From the NCBI GenBank assembly GCA_001768965.1, contig MEMY01000052.1, positions 15,472-52,462 on the forward strand: DNA of 36,991 nt. The letters run 5' to 3'. The position numbers were made by a program, and so were the translations under genes. The notes under the pieces are model-generated. The model did not search any database. It saw only the letters and a program-made list of their open reading frames with translations, and was not told where the DNA came from. The DNA comes from an archaeon RBG_16_50_20 (lineage in GTDB: Archaea > Thermoproteota > Bathyarchaeia > 40CM-2-53-6). This document shows positions 16,596 to 23,937 of the stretch, piece after piece; the first letter of the stretch is position 1; every line of letters starts with the position of its first letter.

Positions 16596-17602
16596 GCATG
16601 ATCTTGGGAAGTCTGCAGGAAGGAGCGAGAATCGCCGTCGAGGTCTGCATGTCCATTAGAAGCGGCGAACACGTGTTCGTATTGACCGATCGCCCCACAT
16701 TGGAGATTGGAAAAGCGATACATGATGCAGCAGAGAAAGTGACGAAGGGAAACGTCAAGCTGCTCGTTCTTGAGGACTACGTAGAACGACCAGCAAAGGA
16801 ACTGCCGAAACAAATTCTCGAGCTGATACCATGGGCGAATGTCACTTACTATGCAGCGGAAAGCAAACCGGGCGAGCTGGGGATCCGAGGGCCCTTCATT
16901 CGAACGGCAGTGAAATACGCAAGACACGGCCACATGCCCAGCGTCACAAAAGAACTCATGGAGACAGGGATGTGCGCTGATTACTACAAAATTTCGGATT
17001 TGACCAAGAAAGTGGAACGGATCGTCAAAACCTGTAGAAAGGCGCGTATAGTGACAAAAGCCGGTACAGAACTCGAGGTCGACTTCAATCCATCTTGGAG
17101 ATGGAAGGTGTGCGATGGTCTGTACCCCGAGAAAGGCATGTGGGGTAATCTGCCTGAAGGAGAGATTTTTACTGCCGCATACAGAGCCAACGGAAGGATG
17201 GTGATTGACGAGCTGGGTGACTGGTTCAGCCCGAAATACGGCGTACTGTCAAAGACACCCGTCATGCTCCAAGTCAAAGATTCTCGCGTGGACTTGTCCT
17301 CCGTGAAATGCGCAAACGAGCAACTGCGCCAGGAATTCGTCGAGTACCTCAACACCGATGCCAACAGCAACAGACTCGGCGAGTTTGCAATTGGAACGAA
17401 CATATTCCTAGACCGATTGACAGGAAACCTACTGCAGGATGAAAAAATCCCCTCAGTTCACTGCGCCTTCGGCGATCCATATCCGGATGAAACAGGCGCA
17501 GATTGGCAGTCGAAAACCCACATCGACGGAATCATGCTGAAGTGCAGCATTTGGATTGACGGCAAACAAATCATGGATGAAGGCAGGCATTTGACCACCT
17601 GA
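16592..17602 (+). CDS. aminopeptidase, peptidase family M29 (AmpS/PepS/aminopeptidase T-like)
   Basis: 336 aa. Motifs NLPEGEIFTA, RLGEFAIGTN, LQDEKIPSVHCAFGDPY and SKTHIDGIM. GTG 16592 overlaps the upstream stop as GTGA; ATG 16598 is an alternative start. Confidence 0.82.
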   Translation: MSMILGSLQEGARIAVEVCMSIRSGEHVFVLTDRPTLEIGKAIHDAAEKVTKGNVKLLVLEDYVERPAKELPKQILELIPWANVTYYAAESKPGELGIRGPFIRTAVKYARHGHMPSVTKELMETGMCADYYKISDLTKKVERIVKTCRKARIVTKAGTELEVDFNPSWRWKVCDGLYPEKGMWGNLPEGEIFTAAYRANGRMVIDELGDWFSPKYGVLSKTPVMLQVKDSRVDLSSVKCANEQLRQEFVEYLNTDANSNRLGEFAIGTNIFLDRLTGNLLQDEKIPSVHCAFGDPYPDETGADWQSKTHIDGIMLKCSIWIDGKQIMDEGRHLTT

Positions 17603-17727
17603 CTGTTCCGCGTTCGAACCCGTCGCAACCTTAGTTTCTGAGAAAAGTTTCGCGCCTCTGGCAACGAAAGCAATAAGTAAGAACTTTCAATATCACAGCC
17701 CCTTCCAGTAGAATTGAGGAAGTTATC

Positions 17728-19521
17728 GTGTCCGAATTCAAACCCGGGAGAATAGAGCGAGTGGCCGGCCCCGTCGTGGTTGCCTCTAACATGCTTGGCG
17801 CTCGTATGTACGAACTTGTCAAGGTTGCTAGCACCGGTTTGATCGGCGAGATTATTCGAGTTGAGGCAGACAGGGCCACAATCCAGGTCTACGAGGAAAC
17901 GACCGGGATCAAACCGGGTGAGATTGTTGAGCGAACAGGCAGCCCACTGTCAGTTGAGCTCGGTCCAGGTTTGATGAACCAATTCTTTGACGGAACACAA
18001 AGGCCATTGCCTGTCCTCTTGGACAAGGGTGGTGCTTTCATTCGAAGAGGAATCAGCGCAGCACCTCTCGATCGAAAGAAGAAATGGGAATTCACTCCAT
18101 TAGTGAAGAAAGGAGACACGGTTATCGGCGGTGACGTGCTTGGTGAAGTGCCCGAAACTGTGCTAGTCAAGCACAGGATTTTGATTCCCCCCAACATCAG
18201 TGGCACTTTGAAATCGGTAGTATCCAAAGGCAGCTATACACTCGAGGATCCGGTCGCTGAGCTTGAAACGAATCGAGGAATGGTCAAACTCTACATGATG
18301 CATTCTTGGCCCGTCCGTGTACCGCGCCCAGCTAGAGAAAAAGTCCCTTCAGACACACCACTCATAACGGGCCAACGAATCATTGATTTCTTCTTTCCAA
18401 TCTCGAAAGGCGGAACCGCGGCCATACCTGGAGACTTTGGAACTGGTAAGACGATTACGCAACATCAGTTAGCAAAATGGGCAGACGCTGAAGTGATTGT
18501 GTACGTGGGCTGTGGTGAACGCGGAAACGAGATGACCGAAGTCCTTGAAACGTTCCCGGAACTAAAGGACCCACGGTCAGGACAGCCACTAATGGAGAGA
18601 ACGATCCTAGTGGCAAACACTTCGAACATGCCCATCGCGGCCCGTGAGGCTAGCATGTACACTGGCGTAACGCTGGCTGAATATTTCCGCGACATGGGCT
18701 ATAATGTCGCCCTAATGGCGGATTCCACTTCGCGATGGGCCGAGGCACTCCGTGAAGTATCGGGGCGTTTGGAGGAAATGCCAGGTGAGGAGGGCTATCC
18801 AGCATATTTGGCATCTCGATTGGCACAGATCTACGAAAGAGCTGGACGCGTGAAAGTCATCGGCAGCGACTCGAACAAGTTAGGTTCGGTGTCTATTGTT
18901 GGAGCAGTCTCGCCCTCTGGAGGAGACTTTTCTGAACCGGTAACTCAGAACACATTGAGAATCGTCAAGGTATTCTGGGCTTTGAGCAAACCACTCGCCG
19001 AGCGACGACACTTCCCCGCAATCGATTGGTTGAGCAGCTACTCGTTATACTTGGAATCCCTGGAGAATTGGTACAGAACTCACATTGGACCGGAATGGTC
19101 CGCTCTGAGAAAGGACGCAATGGCGCTGCTGCAACGTGATGAGGAACTTCGAGAAATCGTCATGCTTGTCGGCCCAGACGCGCTTTCTGAGAGCCAGAGA
19201 GTGATACTGGAGGCAGCTCGAATGATCAAGGAAGACTTCTTGATACAGAGTGCGCTCCACCCTGTCGATAGCTATTGTTCACCCGAGAAGACTTTTCGAC
19301 TCATGTCGCTCATCATGAAATTCTATGAGAAAATGAAGGCAGGGGTAGGCAAGGGGGTATCGCTGCAGCGTGCGCTCGATCTTCCGGTGAAAGAGGAAAT
19401 CGCACGGGCAAAGATCCACCCCTCTCAGGCATTCGAAGAACTAGCGAAGCACATCGAAACGAATATGGAACAGCAATTCCAGAGCTTGTCCACTGAACTT
19501 CTTGAGAAGCCAGCCGTCTAA
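17728..19521 (+). CDS. atpA: A-type (V-type) ATP synthase catalytic subunit A
   Basis: 597 aa. [13 protein letters not shown], Walker A GDFGTGKT and [35 protein letters not shown] start with GAGGAAG upstream. Confidence 0.95.
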   Translation: MSEFKPGRIERVAGPVVVASNMLGARMYELVKVASTGLIGEIIRVEADRATIQVYEETTGIKPGEIVERTGSPLSVELGPGLMNQFFDGTQRPLPVLLDKGGAFIRRGISAAPLDRKKKWEFTPLVKKGDTVIGGDVLGEVPETVLVKHRILIPPNISGTLKSVVSKGSYTLEDPVAELETNRGMVKLYMMHSWPVRVPRPAREKVPSDTPLITGQRIIDFFFPISKGGTAAIPGDFGTGKTITQHQLAKWADAEVIVYVGCGERGNEMTEVLETFPELKDPRSGQPLMERTILVANTSNMPIAAREASMYTGVTLAEYFRDMGYNVALMADSTSRWAEALREVSGRLEEMPGEEGYPAYLASRLAQIYERAGRVKVIGSDSNKLGSVSIVGAVSPSGGDFSEPVTQNTLRIVKVFWALSKPLAERRHFPAIDWLSSYSLYLESLENWYRTHIGPEWSALRKDAMALLQRDEELREIVMLVGPDALSESQRVILEAARMIKEDFLIQSALHPVDSYCSPEKTFRLMSLIMKFYEKMKAGVGKGVSLQRALDLPVKEEIARAKIHPSQAFEELAKHIETNMEQQFQSLSTELLEKPAV

Positions 19522-19525
19522 TAAC

Positions 19526-20944
19526 ATGAGCGAGGAAAGAGACGTGTCGGTAGTCGTCAGGGAATATTCAACAGTTAACGAGATCTCAGGTCCCCTGCTC
19601 TTCGTCCAGAACGTGAAAGGTGTAGGGTTTGGTGAGCTCGTGCGGATTCGAACTCCTGCTGGTGAAGAGAGAAGAGGGCAGGTATTGGAGGTCCGCAGTG
19701 ACTTGGCCGTCGTACAAGTCTTTGAAGGCACTTCCGGCCTCGACGTTTCCTCTACAAGCGTCCGTTTCATGGGCGAGACCGTCAAGTTAGCTGTCTCAAG
19801 TGACCTGTTGGGCAGAATACTTGATGGCAGTGGAAATCCAATCGATGGCGGCCCGCGAATCATACCTGAAGATTATTCGGATGTTCACGGCGCTCCAATC
19901 AATCCCTACGCTCGGACGTATCCTCGCGAATTCATCCAGACGGGAGTTTCAGCGATCGATGGCATGAATACACTCGTGAGAGGACAGAAGCTCCCGCTCT
20001 TTTCAGGAGCAGGACTACCCCACAATCGAGTGGCAGCCCAAGTCGCGCGACAAGCACGGGTTAAGGGAACGGGCGAGCCATTCGCAACCGTGTTTGCTGC
20101 AATCGGCATCACCGCCGACGAAGCCAGGTTCTTCCGAGAAGACTTCGAAAAACAAGGAGCGTTCGAACATGTAACCATGTTCATCAACCTTGCCGACGAC
20201 CCCGCCATAGAGAGAATTCTCACACCGCGTATGGCCCTAACCGCTGCCGAGTATTTCGCGTTCAAATTGGACATGCACGTGCTAGTCATACTCACCGACA
20301 TGACCAACTACGCCGAAGCTCTGCGGGAGATCTCCGCGGCTCGAGAGGAAGTGCCCGGCCGACGAGGTTATCCAGGTTACCTTTACACAGACCTCTCGAC
20401 CATTTACGAACGTGCAGGAAGAGTTCATAATGCGAAAGGGTCTATTACACAGATGCCAATCCTGACGATGCCGCACGACGACATCACCCATCCTATTCCA
20501 AATCTCACGGGTTACATCACGGAGGGCCAATTGATAGTTGATCGCGGTCTGCACAGGAAGGGCATCTACCCGCCTATCGACGTCTCACCTTCGCTTTCTA
20601 GGCTTATGCGCGAAGGCATCGGGAAAGAAAGAACTAGGCAGGATCACAGAGAAGTGTCAGACCAACTTTACTACGCGTACGCCGAGGGCCGAGCTTTCAG
20701 AGACCTAGTCGCCGTCGTAGGAGAAGAAGCACTCTCGGCCCGGGACAAAATCTATCTGAAGTTTTCCGACGATTTTGAGAGACGATTCATTGGGCAGGGT
20801 GAGTACGAGAACCGCGAAATTGAGAAGACCCTTGACCTAGGTTGGGACCTGTTAGCGGCACTTCCGGAGAGCGAGCTGAAACGAGTAGACCCAGCGACGA
20901 TCAAACAGTTCCACCCCAAGTATAGAGCTGGGACAGGGAAGTAG
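19526..20944 (+). CDS. atpB: A-type (V-type) ATP synthase subunit B
   Basis: ATG 19526 lies 4 nt after the atpA stop. [27 protein letters not shown] and [34 protein letters not shown]. Confidence 0.95.
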   Translation: MSEERDVSVVVREYSTVNEISGPLLFVQNVKGVGFGELVRIRTPAGEERRGQVLEVRSDLAVVQVFEGTSGLDVSSTSVRFMGETVKLAVSSDLLGRILDGSGNPIDGGPRIIPEDYSDVHGAPINPYARTYPREFIQTGVSAIDGMNTLVRGQKLPLFSGAGLPHNRVAAQVARQARVKGTGEPFATVFAAIGITADEARFFREDFEKQGAFEHVTMFINLADDPAIERILTPRMALTAAEYFAFKLDMHVLVILTDMTNYAEALREISAAREEVPGRRGYPGYLYTDLSTIYERAGRVHNAKGSITQMPILTMPHDDITHPIPNLTGYITEGQLIVDRGLHRKGIYPPIDVSPSLSRLMREGIGKERTRQDHREVSDQLYYAYAEGRAFRDLVAVVGEEALSARDKIYLKFSDDFERRFIGQGEYENREIEKTLDLGWDLLAALPESELKRVDPATIKQFHPKYRAGTGK

Positions 20945-21604
20945 ATGCCCGAGCTAATAGCGGGCGTCCACCCAACTCGGATGGAACTACTCACACTCCG
21001 CAAAAGACGAAACATAGCAGAACGAGGTAGAGATCTTCTCAGAGAGAAACTGGACGCTCTGATGATCGAGTTCTTCCAGTTTGTTCGTGAGATCAGTACC
21101 CTGAGAGCAAAAGCGCAGGGACTCCTCGCAGAGGCTTATGAGAGCTTCGTTGAAGCACAAATGGCCATGGGGTACATGAAACTTGAACAGACATCGGTGG
21201 GAGTCGAAGACAGGTTCACAATAGAATCAAAGTCCAGAAACATAATCGGCGTTACGATTCCCTACATACAAGTGAACCTCAAACCGCTGACCGGTTTTCC
21301 ATACAATATCTACGACACATCCATCAAACTGGATGAAGCTACGCTCAAGATGGCTGATGCGATAAAGGCAATAGCGGAACTCTCCAGCGCGGAGGCAGCA
21401 GTCAAGAAGCTCGCTGAAGCTATCGCAGCTACCAAGAGACGCGTTAACTCTTTGGAATACGTGGTCATTCCTCGTATGCTAGCCACGATACGCTATATTG
21501 AAATGCACTTGGAAGAGGCAGAACGCGAAGACTTCTTCCGGTTGAAGAGAATCAAGAGCAGAATGGCCAAGGTAGAGAAAAAGCTCGAAGCACCCGCAGC
21601 TTAA
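20945..21604 (+). CDS. atpD: A-type (V-type) ATP synthase subunit D
   Basis: 219 aa. The ATG directly abuts the atpB TAG. N-terminus VHPTRMELLTLRKRRNIAERGRDLLREKLDAL and a coiled-coil composition typical of subunit D. Confidence 0.9.
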   Translation: MPELIAGVHPTRMELLTLRKRRNIAERGRDLLREKLDALMIEFFQFVREISTLRAKAQGLLAEAYESFVEAQMAMGYMKLEQTSVGVEDRFTIESKSRNIIGVTIPYIQVNLKPLTGFPYNIYDTSIKLDEATLKMADAIKAIAELSSAEAAVKKLAEAIAATKRRVNSLEYVVIPRMLATIRYIEMHLEEAEREDFFRLKRIKSRMAKVEKKLEAPAA

Positions 21605-21623
21605 CCCCTACAAATCAGTGCAT

Positions 21624-22010
21624 CTAGGAACTCTTCTGCTTCAGAGAGAGAATGGCTTTCGCGAGATCCCCACCAGCTTCTAACAGCGCTTTCTTAGCTT
21701 CTTCTGGTGTTTTGCCAGTCTGCTGAACCACTAATTCCACATCTGCGTCCAACGGTGTGCTCGGAGCTGATGGCTGTTGCGGCTGCGCTTCGGAGACGCG
21801 GCCTCCGGCTATTTGGTACATGGTTTGACCCTGTATGTTGATTGTGGTAACGTTGGGCTCTTCGATTACAATGTCCTTCGTCCCAGTCCGTATGATGACC
21901 GAGGACACGTCCGGAACCTCATCCATCTTCATGCCCATTTTCTGCATCATACGCGCGGCGTCTCGACCTCCGGGAACGCCTCGTGCGGCCTTCAGAGCCT
22001 TGTACGCCAA
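21624..22010 (-). CDS. nac: nascent polypeptide-associated complex protein (archaeal NAC) with C-terminal UBA-like domain
   Basis: 128 aa. MMQKMGMKMDEVPDVSSVIIRTGTKDIVIEEPNVT is the NAC domain. TPEEAKKALLEAGGDLAKAILSL is UBA-like. TTG start, with internal ATGs at MMQKMG as alternatives. Confidence 0.85.
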   Translation of the reverse strand: MAYKALKAARGVPGGRDAARMMQKMGMKMDEVPDVSSVIIRTGTKDIVIEEPNVTTINIQGQTMYQIAGGRVSEAQPQQPSAPSTPLDADVELVVQQTGKTPEEAKKALLEAGGDLAKAILSLKQKSS

Positions 22011-22072
22011 ACCAACTCAACTTCTCGTCTTTTAGATCAGGACCAGAATAAGAATATCGGACGCCCTCCCTT

Positions 22073-23626
22073 CTACCTTAGCGAGTCCACGGATTTCTCC
22101 ACGGCCTCTAAGAGACTCCCGTCAGATATCATGTCTGCAACTGTCTGAATATGCCCGGAACTCGCCCGGTCCTCTCTTAACATCGGAACATTCTCGCGGA
22201 GTTTGAGGTATGCGGCTCGTGTACCTCTGCCACATTTCGCTGGATCTCGAAAATCCAGGCCTTGTGCGGCGCAGATGAGCTCAATAGCTATGACCTGCTG
22301 CGTATTTTGGAGAATCGCTCTTGCCTTCAATCCCGCTGAGGGGCTCATGCTGACGAAGTCTTCCATGTTTGCGGATGTGGGTATCGTATCCACAGTCGCC
22401 GGATGTGCGAGAATCTTGTTCTCGGAAGCGAGAGCAGCGGCCGTATATTGCACGGCCATGAGTCCAGAGTGAAGCCCCTGAGATTCGGTCGCACCAACCA
22501 GAAAAGGTGGAAGACCACGGCTCAAGGTCGCATCCAGTAATCGGGAGACCCTTCTTTCGGAGATGTTGGCGATGGTTGCGAGTGCTATCGAAACTACGTC
22601 CATGGCGAGCCCGACTGGCTGCCCATGAAAGTTGCCGCCCGACAGCACGTCCGGACCATCCGGAAACACGAGTGGATTGTCCGTAGCTGAGTTCATTTCA
22701 ACCTCTATCAGCCTCCTAGCGAACGCGATTGCCTCTCGGGCAGCTCCGGCGACCTGCGGGGTGCATCTTAGTGAATAGGCGTCTTGAGCAGCTTCACGTT
22801 CACCGCTGACCGTTTCTTTGATAAGCCGACTCCCGGCTATCAGAGACCGAATGTTGTGAGCGGAGTCAATCTGACCTTTGAATGGCCTTGCGTCATGGAT
22901 TCTCGCATCGAAAGCCTGAGTGTAACCTTGCAATGCTTCAAGCGATGCAGCCGCTGAAATCTCACTTGTCTTCACGAGGCACTCGGCATCATGAACAGTA
23001 AGCGCTCCTACTGCCGTGGACATCTGCGTCCCATTGTTCAGCGCGAGGCCTTCCTTCATCGAGACTGAGAGCGGCTTCAGCCCAACCTCTTTTATCACGT
23101 CCGATGCAGACTTCAATTTGCCGCGATGTTCCACAGTGCCTTCGCCCATGAACGCAAGCGCCATGTGAGACAGAGGAGACAAATCTCCACTTGCACCCAC
23201 AGATCCCTTGGATGGGATGATCGGGTGAATGCCCTCATTCAGAAAGTCTAGAATCGATTGAGCAACGATCATACGGACACCAGAAAGACCTTTGGCCAAG
23301 GTGTTCAGGCGAAGGAGCATTATCGCGCGGACAACGTCGGTCGAAAGATTTTCTCCAACACCACAAGCGTGGCTTCTGAGTAGGTTTGTCTGGAGTTTGG
23401 ACGCCTCGTCCAATGTTATTCGCGTGTTGCTTAATGCGCCGAAACCCGTCGTGACACCGTAGATTATCTTTCCGGCTCGCGCTAGTTCTTCTAGGGTTGA
23501 TCGGGATCTTTCAATGTTCGAAATGCTTTCCTTCGACAGTTCCACTTTGTCTCGGAATCGCGCGACCCTAACGAGATCTCCTATTGCAAGTGAAGCGCCA
23601 TCGACGACTACTTGACTTCTTCCCAA
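22073..23626 (-). CDS. hutH: histidine ammonia-lyase (MIO-dependent aromatic amino acid lyase family)
   Basis: 517 aa. MIO-forming GSVGASGDLSPLSH. The selectivity region LLRSHACGVG carries Ser-His, as in HAL rather than PAL/TAL. TTG start with GGGGAG 8 nt upstream. Confidence 0.9.
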   Translation of the reverse strand: MGRSQVVVDGASLAIGDLVRVARFRDKVELSKESISNIERSRSTLEELARAGKIIYGVTTGFGALSNTRITLDEASKLQTNLLRSHACGVGENLSTDVVRAIMLLRLNTLAKGLSGVRMIVAQSILDFLNEGIHPIIPSKGSVGASGDLSPLSHMALAFMGEGTVEHRGKLKSASDVIKEVGLKPLSVSMKEGLALNNGTQMSTAVGALTVHDAECLVKTSEISAAASLEALQGYTQAFDARIHDARPFKGQIDSAHNIRSLIAGSRLIKETVSGEREAAQDAYSLRCTPQVAGAAREAIAFARRLIEVEMNSATDNPLVFPDGPDVLSGGNFHGQPVGLAMDVVSIALATIANISERRVSRLLDATLSRGLPPFLVGATESQGLHSGLMAVQYTAAALASENKILAHPATVDTIPTSANMEDFVSMSPSAGLKARAILQNTQQVIAIELICAAQGLDFRDPAKCGRGTRAAYLKLRENVPMLREDRASSGHIQTVADMISDGSLLEAVEKSVDSLR

Positions 23627-23845
23627 CTTGTCAGCTCCCCGTTGGCCTCGCTATGCGAGCAACTGGCGTTTGAAGATGTGGGTTTATTTCCGATTCAGCG
23701 CGAAATGCCTACGCACACGAGAAGAGCAGATTTTCTGCAGTAGCCTAGAGGCGGCTAAAGGAGAGCTGTTCGCAGTATGGCGTCATAGAATCGTGCACTG
23801 GAACGTCTTTAAGGCAGTGAACTCAAATGAGGTTGAACAAGATGA

Positions 23846-23856
23846 TTTTTATATAT
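23846..23856 (+). promoter_or_regulatory. archaeal TATA-box-like element TTTTTATATAT upstream of the S8 protease gene
   Basis: This is the strongest A/T box in the 311-bp hutH/protease divergent spacer. It lies about 85 nt upstream of TTG 23938, implying a 5' UTR of roughly 55-60 nt. Its near-palindromic shape could also serve the other direction. Confidence 0.35.
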
Positions 23857-23937
23857 GCAAAATCACCTGCTGCCAGAAATTCGACTGCTCGATGGTCTCC
23901 TTGAGCATCCAAACAAATCTGGGGACGCGTTGACCTA

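Noticed and set aside
17612-17619. GTTCGAAC (and GGTTCGAATTC near 34088) resembling a tRNA T-loop.
   Set aside because: The flanking bases cannot form a T-stem, and I could draw no acceptor or anticodon arms. The second site lies inside a coding region. No tRNA gene is supported anywhere in the window.
23628-23933. A 101-aa + strand ORF filling the 311-bp hutH/protease spacer.
   Set aside because: It starts with TTG directly abutting the hutH start and has a Cys/Trp/Arg-rich composition with no motif. It would have to read through the best TATA-like box of the spacer. I treat it as non-coding promoter or 5'-UTR DNA, although expression data could revise this.
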